A DNA stretch of 64,000 nucleotides from NCBI GenBank assembly GCA_964607485.1, contig CAZSKP010000009.1, positions 64,001 through 128,000 on the forward strand, read 5' to 3'. The first letter of the stretch is position 1, and every line of letters begins with the position of its first letter. The stretch is from an uncultured bacterium. Lineage in GTDB: Bacteria; Abyssobacteria; SURF-5. Shown piece after piece: positions 9,501 to 19,518 of the stretch. The notes under the pieces are model-generated. The model searched no databases. It was not told where the DNA came from and saw nothing but the letters and a program-made list of their open reading frames with translations. The translations under genes were made by a program, and so were the position numbers.

Positions 9501-9562
9501 ACGGCATCGATTGGGGACAGCCCCTTAGGCTGGAGAGAAGCTGTGTGGAAGACGGCGGGAGA

Positions 9563-10552
9563 CTATTCGCTGTTCTCTTCTTTCGCCCGGTGAAACACTA
9601 CGGCGACTTCTCCATGGACAGGGGATACCCGTACCTGACAGAGCGTTGATTCGCCCCCGGCGGCGCGGACATCTGTCTTGAAATCGACTCCCCTGTTGAG
9701 TCTGCGCGCATCACAAACCTTTTCCTCCAGCGAAGCGGCAGACACGGACGGCATGTATTCAAACAATTTTTTCCCAACCATAGCAGGCCTTTTGACACCC
9801 AGGAATTCCTCGGCCAGCCGATTGCATTCCAACACTCTGAACTCGCGGTCCACTATCAAGATCGCATCGAGCGTGACGTCGAACAGGCTGCGATACTGCA
9901 TCTCAGCCCTCATCAGCCGCTTGTTCGAATCGCGCAGCAGTGAAATGGTTCGTTCCAGCTTCTCGCGGACGGAGATTTTGGGCGGCGCCACCTCGTATCC
10001 GTAAGTTTGCAGGTCGGGTCGTGTGCCGATGAGGAACTCGCACTCCTCGTCCCCCTTGCCGATGCATTTGCTTTCGACAACGGATATATCATCGACGCCC
10101 GTCTTAGCCTGTCTGTGCGTCTCCGACATGAAACACATGAGAACGCCCCGCGTGTAATCGCACTTGGGACGATTCTGCACGTTCCGGTTTTCGACGTAAG
10201 CCCAGCCCTCGAACGAATCGTTGCAGCGGACGATCGCCCAGCCCCTCGACCAGAACAATTCAGCTATCTCGAAGTTGCCGAAGCCTGCATCCGAATACGT
10301 ATCGACCGCGCCCCTGAAGCCGTCCTCGTCCGCCGTGAGCCGGCCCGATTCCATGGCGGAGACCATGAACGAGGTGGAACCCTGTCGGCCGGCCTGACAG
10401 ACGAGGTCATCCTCGGTGTCTCCGACCTCGCGCGCGAGAACTTCCCTGAGCCCGTAGAAGCCGCCCTTCGTCTCGACGAGCGACATCCTCGCGCCGCCCA
10501 CCTCGATCCAGCCGCGCCTGACAAAATTTATGAAATCGGATCCCTTCGTCAT
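9563..10552 (-). CDS. XylR_N/V4R plus PAS sensor protein without an output domain
   Basis: GFGNFEI, C...RGVL and ESKCIGKGDEECEF (V4R); YRSLFD..LDAILIVD...CNR (PAS). Confidence 0.8.
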   Translation of the reverse strand: MTKGSDFINFVRRGWIEVGGARMSLVETKGGFYGLREVLAREVGDTEDDLVCQAGRQGSTSFMVSAMESGRLTADEDGFRGAVDTYSDAGFGNFEIAELFWSRGWAIVRCNDSFEGWAYVENRNVQNRPKCDYTRGVLMCFMSETHRQAKTGVDDISVVESKCIGKGDEECEFLIGTRPDLQTYGYEVAPPKISVREKLERTISLLRDSNKRLMRAEMQYRSLFDVTLDAILIVDREFRVLECNRLAEEFLGVKRPAMVGKKLFEYMPSVSAASLEEKVCDARRLNRGVDFKTDVRAAGGESTLCQVRVSPVHGEVAVVFHRAKEENSE

Positions 10553-10616
10553 CTCCCCTCCCGGCCGCCGCTCGGGGCTTCCGAATTGTCACGGAAACCG
10601 CTTCACCAACTTTGCC

Positions 10617-11864
10617 TCAGAAAGCCTTCTCCAATATGGTGATGACCATGGCGGCCTCCTCGACGCCGATGTTGCCGCCGCCGTTCTCCGCCAGAGCCAT
10701 TCGGGCGCCCTCGACCTGCCTCTTGTCGCACTCGCCCCTGAGCTGCCACACCAGCTCGGCAAGCTGGGCGGTGCCCGTCGCGCCTATCGGATGGCCGCGC
10801 GATTCGAGTCCGCCGCTGGTGTTGACGGGAAGCTTGCCGCCGAGCTTCGTGGCGCCCGACTCGGCAAACGGTCCGCCCTCTCCCTTTCCGCAAAAGCCGA
10901 GGCACTCGGTCTGATGAAGCTCGCCGAAGGCCGTGGCGTCGTGCACCTCGGCGAGGTCGATGTCCTCGGGACCCACGCCCGCCATTTCATATGCCTTGCG
11001 GCTGAGGCGGCCGCCTATGTCCTCCTCGTCGAAGTCCCGGTCGCGCCCCGATGCGAGCACGCAGGCCCTCACTTTGACAAGTTTCTCTGCGCCGATTTTC
11101 TTCGCAAAATCCGCCGAGCAGAGGATGGCCGCGGCGGCGCCGTCGCCCACGGGCGAGCACATGGGCCTCGTGAGCGGATACGACACCTCGGGCGCGCTCA
11201 GGACCTCCTCGACGGTCATGTCTTTCTGGTATTGGGCGTAGGGATTCATCGAGCTGTGATAGTGGTTCTTGGCCGAGATAACGGCCAGTTGCCGCTGCGT
11301 GGTGCCGTACTTCTTCATATGGTTGCGCGCGGCGAGAGAATAGATGTCCATGAACGCGCTGCGGCTTTTGCCCGCGCCGCCCTCGCCCGAGGCCTTTGCC
11401 CCCATCTCCTTCTTTTTTTCCTCTTCAGCCGCCATCATCGCCTTGAAGGCTTCCATTATCTCCACGTCGGTGGACGCCCAGAACGTCTGGAACATCTTCT
11501 TCTTGTCCTCGAGGTACAGCTTTTCCATTCCCAGCGCGAGCGCTGCGTCGTACACGCCGCATGCGATGCCCATCCACGCGCCGTAGAAGGCCGACGATGC
11601 CGAGGCGCACGCGTTCTCCACGTTCATCACGGGTATCGCGCCAATACCCATCGCCCGAAGCACCACCTGCCCGCGGATGCCCTCCTGCCCCGTCACTATT
11701 CCCTGAGCGGCGTTGCCGACCCAGGCCGCCTGCAGGTTAGCCTTGTCCACGCCCGCGTGCTCGAGCGTTCGCGTGACGGCTTCTTCCGCCAGCGATTTCA
11801 TGTTGCGTTCCAGGTACTTGCCGAACCGGGTCATTCCGACGCCGATCACATATACATCTCGCAT
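10617..11864 (-). CDS. Thiolase family protein (SCP-x type)
   Basis: VIGVGMTRFG, NVENACASA, DGAAA, AEVHDA and NTSGGL.SRGHPIGATG. Confidence 0.92.
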   Translation of the reverse strand: MRDVYVIGVGMTRFGKYLERNMKSLAEEAVTRTLEHAGVDKANLQAAWVGNAAQGIVTGQEGIRGQVVLRAMGIGAIPVMNVENACASASSAFYGAWMGIACGVYDAALALGMEKLYLEDKKKMFQTFWASTDVEIMEAFKAMMAAEEEKKKEMGAKASGEGGAGKSRSAFMDIYSLAARNHMKKYGTTQRQLAVISAKNHYHSSMNPYAQYQKDMTVEEVLSAPEVSYPLTRPMCSPVGDGAAAAILCSADFAKKIGAEKLVKVRACVLASGRDRDFDEEDIGGRLSRKAYEMAGVGPEDIDLAEVHDATAFGELHQTECLGFCGKGEGGPFAESGATKLGGKLPVNTSGGLESRGHPIGATGTAQLAELVWQLRGECDKRQVEGARMALAENGGGNIGVEEAAMVITILEKAF

Positions 11865-12035
11865 CGTGTTTTCGCTCCCTCTCTCTCCGAACCTTCCTGT
11901 TCCTGGCCGTAGAGGGCTCACACCGTAGCTGGGATGGTTACGCCACTATGCTAGTACATTTCGCGGACGAAATCAAGGATGGAGAACAAACGCTTCGCTC
12001 TGCAGGAACGCTGTTTGAACGATCAGATGGGTGGA
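11830..12035. repeat. Copy 1 of a ~200-bp direct repeat (thiolase start, 5'UTR, promoter and upstream element)
   Basis: Aligns with 20907-21106. Confidence 0.9.
11948..11976 (-). promoter_or_regulatory. Sigma70-type promoter of the thiolase gene
   Basis: TTGATT-N17-TAGCAT; both hexamers are conserved in the second copy at 21019-21047. Confidence 0.6.
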
Positions 12036-12082
12036 GCGTGCAACCCCCGGGCGAGAAGAACAATGAGGGTGATCCTGCGAAG

Positions 12083-12946
12083 TCAGGATCCTACCTTCTT
12101 CTTCAGAAATTCCAGGAAGGCCTCCCCGAAATCTTTTCTTTTCAGTCCGTATTCGACCTGGGTCTTCAGGTAGTCGAGCTTGTCGCCGATATCGTATCGC
12201 TTCCCCTTAATGGTCAAGGAGTAAACAGGCTGCTCATTCTGGAGCAATCTCAGAGCATCGGTAAGCTGCACCTCATCGTTCCTGCCCCTCGGCAAGCTCT
12301 CCAGGATGTCGAAAATCCCCGGTGTAAGTATGTAGCGACCGGCTATGGCCAGCGTGGAGTCGGTCTCTTGGACGGAAGGCTTCTCAATCAGGGAGGTCAC
12401 CTCGTGGACATTTTCGCTAATCCTTTTTCCATCGACAATACCATACCGTGAGACTTTTTCCCTTGGTACTGTTTCAACCGCAATGATGGTATGCCTGTAC
12501 TCGTTGTAGCACTCGACGATTTGTCGGACGGCCGGCGTATCGGATTCGATAATAGTATCGCCCAGCAGCACTGCAAACGGCTCATCGCCGACGTGATGGC
12601 GGGCGCAGAAGACCGCATCTCCCAGCCCCTTCGTTTCCTTCTGCCGGACGAAATGTATGTTTGCCGTATCGGCAATCCGCTGGACCTCGTTGTAGAGAGC
12701 CTTCTCCTCTTTGTTGTCAAGAATCCGCTCCAATTCCGGATTGCGGTCAAAATGGTCCTCGATGGCTCGCTTCCCCTTCCCGGTGACGATGAGGATGTCG
12801 TCGATGCCCGACTCCACCGCTTCCTGAACCACGTACTGTATCGTCGGCGTATCGATGATTGGAAGCATCTCCTTCGGTTGCGCCTTTGTGGCGGGTAAGA
12901 ATCTTGTCCCCAATCCTGCCGCCGGAATGACAGCCTTTCGTATCAT
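12083..12946 (-). CDS. galU: UTP--glucose-1-phosphate uridylyltransferase
   Basis: KAVIPAAGLGTRFLPATKAQPKEMLP, GLGDAV, VLLGD, EKP and EVQLTDA. Confidence 0.93.
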   Translation of the reverse strand: MIRKAVIPAAGLGTRFLPATKAQPKEMLPIIDTPTIQYVVQEAVESGIDDILIVTGKGKRAIEDHFDRNPELERILDNKEEKALYNEVQRIADTANIHFVRQKETKGLGDAVFCARHHVGDEPFAVLLGDTIIESDTPAVRQIVECYNEYRHTIIAVETVPREKVSRYGIVDGKRISENVHEVTSLIEKPSVQETDSTLAIAGRYILTPGIFDILESLPRGRNDEVQLTDALRLLQNEQPVYSLTIKGKRYDIGDKLDYLKTQVEYGLKRKDFGEAFLEFLKKKVGS

Positions 12947-12960
12947 TTGTGAAATGCCCC

Positions 12961-13956
12961 CTACGCTACCGTCGGCTTGACCACCGTGGCCTCCATCTTC
13001 GCGAATGCCTCGACCAGTTCTCCAAACATATCATCGTCTCTGTACATTCCGATTATCGATCCTCCAGAGCCTGCGAATTTGGCCGACGCTCCAAGCTTTC
13101 GGGCGGTTTCCACCATCTCGCGATCTCCCACGCTGATCCTCATAATCTTACTTCTCTGGTCGAAATTCTCATTCATCAGGTCGAACAGACGGTCGAAGTC
13201 ACTGTTCAGCAAGGCCTGTCTTCCTTCCTCAGCGATTTCCGCTATGCGGCCTAGGCAATCGAGAACCAGCCTGTCACCTTGCTCATATCCGATACGTATC
13301 GTATTGAGCGCATGTCCCGACACTTTCCCGAGGCCCTCCTTGTAAGCTATGAACAATTGAGGCAGGAGCTTTGGGTCAAGGCGCTCATAGTGGCCCCGAT
13401 TGTTCCGTTCCATCAGCTCACGATCAAAATCCATGTGGAGACATCCCCCGTACGCCTGGATGACCCTATCCTGCAAGCCGGCATTGATTCCGAGTTCACT
13501 CTTCTCCGCGTCCAGCGTGAGCGAAGGAAGGACCTCCAGCGGAATATCGACGCCAAAGAATCTCATGAGGCACCGGACGGCGGCGGTGACAATCGCGCTC
13601 GAACCTCCCAGCCCTACTTGGCGCGGTATCGACGACTGCGACCGCATCGTGAAATTCTTCTGCTCAAGCTCAATTTCGTTCGAGACGCAGTAATCATGGA
13701 ATTTCGTCATCGCCGCCTTCAGCAGGCGTTCGGCTCCGTAATACCCGTAACGGCCAACCTGGCGAGCAAGATCTTCAACACTCTCATACGAAGATGCCTC
13801 ATAGTCATAATCCTCGATTCGAAGCCTATCTGTTGGCTCAAGCGAGACATGCGCGGTGAAGTTGTCGAGGGCAATCGATATCGTCTTGCCGAAATAGCCG
13901 TCCGATGGATTCCCCAAGAAACCCGCACGCGCGTGTGCCCTGGCTTCTATTGCCAT
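12961..13956 (-). CDS. GHMP kinase, glucuronokinase-like
   Basis: ARAGFLGNPSDGYFGKTIS, GYYG, IPRQVGLGGSSAI, ELGINAGLQDRV and KFAGSGG match plant glucuronokinase motifs. Confidence 0.85.
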   Translation of the reverse strand: MAIEARAHARAGFLGNPSDGYFGKTISIALDNFTAHVSLEPTDRLRIEDYDYEASSYESVEDLARQVGRYGYYGAERLLKAAMTKFHDYCVSNEIELEQKNFTMRSQSSIPRQVGLGGSSAIVTAAVRCLMRFFGVDIPLEVLPSLTLDAEKSELGINAGLQDRVIQAYGGCLHMDFDRELMERNNRGHYERLDPKLLPQLFIAYKEGLGKVSGHALNTIRIGYEQGDRLVLDCLGRIAEIAEEGRQALLNSDFDRLFDLMNENFDQRSKIMRISVGDREMVETARKLGASAKFAGSGGSIIGMYRDDDMFGELVEAFAKMEATVVKPTVA

Positions 13957-14018
13957 GCTGCGCTCATCCTCTCATTGTCTGGACGCTTGTTGCGACCTGT
14001 TTTGTCGAAAGCAATAAA

Positions 14019-14047
14019 ATCTTAACGTCACAGTACCGGTTAGTCAA
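14019..14047 (-). promoter_or_regulatory. Sigma70-type promoter for the kinase-galU pair
   Basis: TTGACT-N17-TAAGAT on the minus strand. Confidence 0.55.
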
Positions 14048-14114
14048 GAATTCTCCGTTGGAGAGGGTATTAACGTGCGTATTCGCGGAGACCGAATAAT
14101 TTCGGTATTACCAT

Positions 14115-15377
14115 CTATGCGGGCCGGCCTGCACTCTGTTCCGCCGGCGTTTGGCGAAGTCGCTTCAATGACAACGCAACTACCGCAGATACCAACATAA
14201 GAGCAAAGAAAAGCCAGAAGACCGGCAGGTAGGTCTTCCGAAGGTCGTAGAAGATTCCGGCGGCAAAGGGCCCGACGGCCCCGCCAACGGTTGCCATTAT
14301 GTTCAGAATCCCAAAGAGCGCGCCGAAATTTCGCATCCCGAGGTAACCGCTGGTGAGCAAGGGGTTGATGACCAGAGGCGCGCCGCATGCGAAGCCGTAT
14401 ATGCTCGCGAAGACCATTGCGACCCAATAATGCTCGGCCGACATGAGTATCCCGATTGAGACTGCAAACAGAAGGGAGGCTGCGACCATAGCGTTCTTGG
14501 CTCCCCAGCGGTCGGCCACGGGGCCAAACGCTATCTTCCCAAGCACCATCACGCCCATCACGAGGCTCCAGGCGAAGGCGGCCCTTGTGGGCGAATGTCC
14601 CAGGTCATTCAGATAAGCGGGACAATGGTTTCCCAACCCGCCCGTCACCACCCCGGAGATGAGCATGAGGGCCGCAATCTGCCAGAACGCACGCGATGAA
14701 AAGGCCTCCTTCACGCTGAGTCCCCAGTTATCAGAAGAGTCATGCTTGACTGAATCAGTGCTCCGATAAGGTTGCAGTCCCATTTCGGCGGGGCGAGTTC
14801 GTATGAGCAGCAGCACGACCGGAATGACAACGACAAGGATGGTTGCTCCGCTGAACACGAAGGCCGTTCTCCAACCGTGACTGAGAATAATCCAGTTCGC
14901 GACGGGAGACATGATCATCCCGCCGATGCTCGTGCCCACGAACGCCCCGCTCATGGCGGCGCCCCTGCGCGAGACGAACCAGTTCGAGATGATGAATGAA
15001 CAGGGAATCACGGTGGAAAGCATGAGGCCGCATCCGATGAAGGCGAAGATGGTGTAGAGCTGCCACAGATGGTGTATTCTGCTCCCTATGAGCAGACCGA
15101 TGCCGACTATGAGAGCGCCCGTTGCCATAACCGGCTTGGCGCCAAAGCGGTCCACCAGAATGCCCGCGATCGGGGCGGATATTGCGGTGCCTATTGCTCC
15201 CATCAGCAGCGCAAAGGTCAGGGCGCCGCGGCCCCAGTTCATATCCTGGGTGATGGGTTTGAGGAAGACCGGGAATGTGTTCAGCACCATTCCCCACAGC
15301 ATGAAGAGAACCACAAAACAGGCGGCTACAACATAGAACCCATAGAAGAGTTTCGGCGTCCGGCCGGAATCCATCAA
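14115..15377 (-). CDS. MFS transporter (paralog of 5312-6556)
   Basis: FYGFYVV, GILVDRFG, NWFVSRRG and ADRWGAK. Confidence 0.9.
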   Translation of the reverse strand: MMDSGRTPKLFYGFYVVAACFVVLFMLWGMVLNTFPVFLKPITQDMNWGRGALTFALLMGAIGTAISAPIAGILVDRFGAKPVMATGALIVGIGLLIGSRIHHLWQLYTIFAFIGCGLMLSTVIPCSFIISNWFVSRRGAAMSGAFVGTSIGGMIMSPVANWIILSHGWRTAFVFSGATILVVVIPVVLLLIRTRPAEMGLQPYRSTDSVKHDSSDNWGLSVKEAFSSRAFWQIAALMLISGVVTGGLGNHCPAYLNDLGHSPTRAAFAWSLVMGVMVLGKIAFGPVADRWGAKNAMVAASLLFAVSIGILMSAEHYWVAMVFASIYGFACGAPLVINPLLTSGYLGMRNFGALFGILNIMATVGGAVGPFAAGIFYDLRKTYLPVFWLFFALMLVSAVVALSLKRLRQTPAEQSAGRPA

Positions 15378-17548
15378 TCAGCCGTTCCTCTCTCCTGCTT
15401 GACTTCAAGCATTTCCTCTCCCGGCCGATACTCGCGTTCGAGGTTGGCGAGGATGTCGGCCTCATCAAACCAGACGGGCTTCATTTGGCACCGGGCAAAG
15501 AGCGGCGCCTGGTCGGCATAATGAGGAGAATGCTCGTCGAGGGTCGCGCTGCCGTATTGATGGATGCTGCGCGAGCTCACGCCTTTTTCGTCCCACGTCA
15601 CCATGAGCACGTAGCAGTCGCCCGAGATTGCCGTAGTGCGCCCGTTCACCAGCTCACCTCCATCGATGGCGCGGAGAACATCGGGGCCGCCGCCGAGGCC
15701 CACGTCGAGCCCGCCCCGGCGCAGACGGTTGACCTCGCTCCACGGGACGTCGATGCGTCCGTACGCTTTCTTCAGGTTGTGCGCCACTTCGGAGAATCGC
15801 GTCATCAAGTCCGGCGGCACCATATTCTCGACCTCTGGGAAGTAATACGGCAGCACGGTAAGCGCTCCGATGGCCGCGCCGGTATTCTCGGGATTGGTTC
15901 GCATGTCCCAACGCCGCAGAACCTCAACGGCCTCTCTCACCACAGGGTCGGTCGAAGGAGGCGCGGCGAGTATTGCTTTCACATATTGCGCCACCCACGA
16001 TTTCTCTGAGTACGCCATATCATACTTGTATGCGTAAAAATCCTCCTCTGTGATGGAATCATCGGCCCCGAACAGCTCAAGGGCACGCAGGGCGCGGTTG
16101 GTCATTCGGCTCTCAATCCCGAGCGTAGGCGAATAATCCTCCGGTTTCGGGTTGTCGGGCCCAACCGTCGCGTGGAACGGCGAGCTGTTGCAGCTTATCA
16201 CGAAGCCGGACGCGGGATTTTTCACCTGCGGCAGGCGTTCGAGCGGCACATACTCTGTCCACAACGTCTCCGAAGTATTGCCGGGAAGATAGTCTTTCCA
16301 GTTGTATCCCTCTGCACGCACGGGAATGAGACCGTTATAAAGATAATAGATGTTTCCCTCGCGGTCGGCATAGACCAGATTGAACATCTGGATTGCCATG
16401 ATGCGCATCGCATCAAGCCACTCGTCGAACGTGCTCGCCTTGTTCATGCGATACCACTGCTCTATCTGGCGGAGCTCCCCCATGCCCGCGAACCGAATCG
16501 CGTACGTGCCGTGTGGCTGCCTGAGCACCGGTCCGTAAACTGACCAAAGGACCTCGCGCTTGAAGGTCCAGCTAATCGGGCCGAGCAGCTTCACCTCGAT
16601 GGGAGCGGTCCGGACTTCGAGGTCGCGCCATTCGCCGTCGAATCGGTACTGATATGGGTTGTCCGGATTCATCTCGAGCACATAAACGTCAATAAGGTCG
16701 GGCCGGTTGACCGTCATGGCCCAGCCAAGGTCTCGGTTGTGTCCGTGAAATATGACCGGGCTGCCAGGGAACACGCCTCCCGTCATGTCCCATCCTTGTT
16801 CGCTGTGGAGGTGAACCTCATACCATGCGACAGGGCCGTCCCACGGCTGATGAGAGTTGACGGCCAGGCGCGTCTTGCCGTCGGCCGAACGGGCCGGGGC
16901 CACGGCGAAGGCGTTCGAGCCCGGCACGAATTCCGAGAGCGGAATCCAAGCGCCTGCTCGCGAAGCCGCCTTGCGCGAGACTTGTCGCTTGCGTTCCGGC
17001 CCGGTTATTTCCTTAAGCGTCTCATCAATACCGAAGAAGAGCGGCACTTTATGAACGAATCCCGCAACAATGTCCTTTCCTCGAATCGGAAGCACGCCCG
17101 GCCTGGCCGCTCCCGGGTGTAGCTCAGCGTATCGGTTCGCACCCGCGGCGTACGCTTCGCAAATCGCGCGCACTTCAGGGCTGAGGTCCGTTTCATATTT
17201 CTCGTTCACCACGTCCCATATACGGAGGAGATGAACCATATAATCGTTGGCGGCGGCCTTGCGCCCATAAACGGAGGCCAGCCGGCCGCGCGCGGCTAAG
17301 AGCGAGTCCTGCATTGTGTCGAAGTCGTCCTCGGCATGGGCATAGGCCAGCCCGTAGGCGACATCGGCATCCGTCTTGCCGAAGATGTGCGGCACTCCCC
17401 ACGTATCTCTCAGGATGCGGACATCATACTCACGTGGAGCGCTTGAGCGGCCGGGTTTGTCGAATGCCCCTCCTTCGTGAGAAACGAAAGACAGTGCGCC
17501 GAGTAGAAACAGAATGGTGCCTGCAAAGATCGCTTTCCGCATAATCAT
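15374..17548 (-). CDS. Penicillin/cephalosporin acylase family Ntn hydrolase, secreted
   Basis: Signal peptide, RDTWGVPHI, AHAED, GSNAFAV autoproteolysis site and NSHQPW. Confidence 0.92.
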   Translation of the reverse strand: MIMRKAIFAGTILFLLGALSFVSHEGGAFDKPGRSSAPREYDVRILRDTWGVPHIFGKTDADVAYGLAYAHAEDDFDTMQDSLLAARGRLASVYGRKAAANDYMVHLLRIWDVVNEKYETDLSPEVRAICEAYAAGANRYAELHPGAARPGVLPIRGKDIVAGFVHKVPLFFGIDETLKEITGPERKRQVSRKAASRAGAWIPLSEFVPGSNAFAVAPARSADGKTRLAVNSHQPWDGPVAWYEVHLHSEQGWDMTGGVFPGSPVIFHGHNRDLGWAMTVNRPDLIDVYVLEMNPDNPYQYRFDGEWRDLEVRTAPIEVKLLGPISWTFKREVLWSVYGPVLRQPHGTYAIRFAGMGELRQIEQWYRMNKASTFDEWLDAMRIMAIQMFNLVYADREGNIYYLYNGLIPVRAEGYNWKDYLPGNTSETLWTEYVPLERLPQVKNPASGFVISCNSSPFHATVGPDNPKPEDYSPTLGIESRMTNRALRALELFGADDSITEEDFYAYKYDMAYSEKSWVAQYVKAILAAPPSTDPVVREAVEVLRRWDMRTNPENTGAAIGALTVLPYYFPEVENMVPPDLMTRFSEVAHNLKKAYGRIDVPWSEVNRLRRGGLDVGLGGGPDVLRAIDGGELVNGRTTAISGDCYVLMVTWDEKGVSSRSIHQYGSATLDEHSPHYADQAPLFARCQMKPVWFDEADILANLEREYRPGEEMLEVKQERGTAD

Positions 17549-17593
17549 CTCCTAACCAGGCCAGACTCTCCTGTCCGACCGCCCGATTCTGTT

Positions 17594-19306
17594 TCAATGT
17601 ATTACAGCACCCTCTGCGGCGGAACTCGCGACTTCCGCATATCGGGCCAGATATCCCTTGCTTACCCTCGCAGGCGGGCGCTTCCATTGCTTCGCTCTCT
17701 TTTCGAGCTCTCCGGCGGTGAGATTTACATCGAGCCGCCGAGCATCGATGTCTATCGAGATGATGTCGGAGTCTTTGACGAGCGCGAGCGGGCCGCCGTC
17801 GGCCGCTTCGGGAGAGAGATAGCCGATGCACGGGCCGCCCGTGTAGCCGGAATACCTGCCGTCGGTGATGAGATAGACCTTGTCGAGCAGCCCGACAAAT
17901 TTCAGGAGAGACCGGAACATCTGCATTTCACGCATGCCGGGGCCGCCCTTTGGGCCTTCGTATCGGATTATGATAACATCGCCCGCCTTGAGCTGTTGAG
18001 ACATGAGCGCCTGCGTGGCGTCTTCCTCGCAGTCGAACACGCGCGCCGGACCCTTGAATTTCCATAGCTTCTCCGGGACTGCGACCTGCTTGATGACCGC
18101 GCCACGCGGCGCCAGACTTCCCTTCAAGACGGCGACGCCTCCGTATGGGTGTACGGGCGATTCTACAGTCTTGATGACGTCGTCATTGAAGACCTCGGTC
18201 GAACGGAGGTTGTCGCGCACGCTGCGGCCGGTGACGGTGAGGGCGTCCAGCTCGATCTTGCTCTCGAGGCGCTTCATTACAGCCGGTATGCCGCCTGCCT
18301 CTTCCAAGTCAGTGAGCGTGTGCGGGCCCGAGGGCTCGATGTTGCACAGATGCGGCGTCGAGCGCGAAATCGCATCGAATGCGTCCAATTCGATTCGCAT
18401 GCCCAGCTCATGCGCAATTGCGGGTATGTGGAGCACCGTGTTCAGAGAGCCGCCGATTGCCATGTTGATACTGAGCATGTTGTCAAATGCCGACTTGGTC
18501 ATTATCTTCGACGGCGTGAGCCCTTCCTTGAGCAGACCCATGACCCGCTTGCCCGCTTCGACCGCAAGCCGTTCCTTCTTCGCGGTAGTGGCGTGGGCGG
18601 TGCCGTCGCCCGGGAGCGACATGCCGACTGCCTCAGTCAGGCACGCCATGGTGTTTGCGGTTCCCATTCCATAGCACGCGCCGGCGCATGGATAGATGCA
18701 GGCCGTCAGTTCTTCGAGTTGATCCTCTGAGAGCTCTCCTCGGTTCAGACGCTCCGCGACGATATCCATCGCGTCCTCGCCCCAGCGGAGCTTGAGCCGC
18801 GGCCAGTAGCCGGGGAACATCGGCCCGCCCGCCACTACGATGGCCGGTATGTCCACTCTCGCCGCGGCCATCAGGAGGCCGGGGATTATCTTGTCGCATG
18901 ACCCGATAAGCACCATCGCGTCGTAGCGATGCGCTTCCACTGTGAGTTCCACCGAATCGGCGATCACCTCGCGGCTGGGCAATACGTAGCGCATGCCGGA
19001 GTGGCCGATTGTCAGGCCGTCACAGAGGCTGATTGTGTTGAATTCGGCCGGCATGCCGCCATGCATGAGGATGCCTTCCTTCACCTTGGCCGCGATCCTG
19101 TTGAGATGAAAGTGGCCCGGGTGAAGCTCATTCCATGTGTTTACGACGGCGACAAGCGGCTTCTCGACCTGCTCGCGTGTGAATCCGACGGCATAGAGCA
19201 GCGCCCTGTGGCCGCGGGCAGTCGGGTCAGAGCCAATATACGTCTGGCTGCGTTGTTTTCCGGTGCTCATGACTTCATTCCTTTCCAGCTTTTCGAGCTC
19301 ATGCAT
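17594..19306 (-). CDS. ilvD: Dihydroxy-acid dehydratase (IlvD/Edd family)
   Basis: CDG, CDKIIPG, TANTM, YEGPKGGPGMREM and TDGRYSG. Confidence 0.9.
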   Translation of the reverse strand: MHELEKLERNEVMSTGKQRSQTYIGSDPTARGHRALLYAVGFTREQVEKPLVAVVNTWNELHPGHFHLNRIAAKVKEGILMHGGMPAEFNTISLCDGLTIGHSGMRYVLPSREVIADSVELTVEAHRYDAMVLIGSCDKIIPGLLMAAARVDIPAIVVAGGPMFPGYWPRLKLRWGEDAMDIVAERLNRGELSEDQLEELTACIYPCAGACYGMGTANTMACLTEAVGMSLPGDGTAHATTAKKERLAVEAGKRVMGLLKEGLTPSKIMTKSAFDNMLSINMAIGGSLNTVLHIPAIAHELGMRIELDAFDAISRSTPHLCNIEPSGPHTLTDLEEAGGIPAVMKRLESKIELDALTVTGRSVRDNLRSTEVFNDDVIKTVESPVHPYGGVAVLKGSLAPRGAVIKQVAVPEKLWKFKGPARVFDCEEDATQALMSQQLKAGDVIIIRYEGPKGGPGMREMQMFRSLLKFVGLLDKVYLITDGRYSGYTGGPCIGYLSPEAADGGPLALVKDSDIISIDIDARRLDVNLTAGELEKRAKQWKRPPARVSKGYLARYAEVASSAAEGAVIH

Positions 19307-19518
19307 CGCCGATCAGAATCTCCTGTTTTTCATAGACTATACGTCATCCCATGCGCAACTGGCAAACAGCTGTTGGCACAATGCCGATTTCAAGCCCGTT
19401 TGACTCCCTCTCGCGGGGAATGATAGAATGCGACGCCTGTTTCGGAGAACGGTCAATCCTCTGCAAGGTCCGCGGTCGTTCTGATAACCGCTCTGCTTCC
19501 GGGAGTACACGCCACGCC

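Noticed and set aside
10530-11912. 460-aa plus-strand ORF
   Set aside because: It is the antisense shadow of the thiolase
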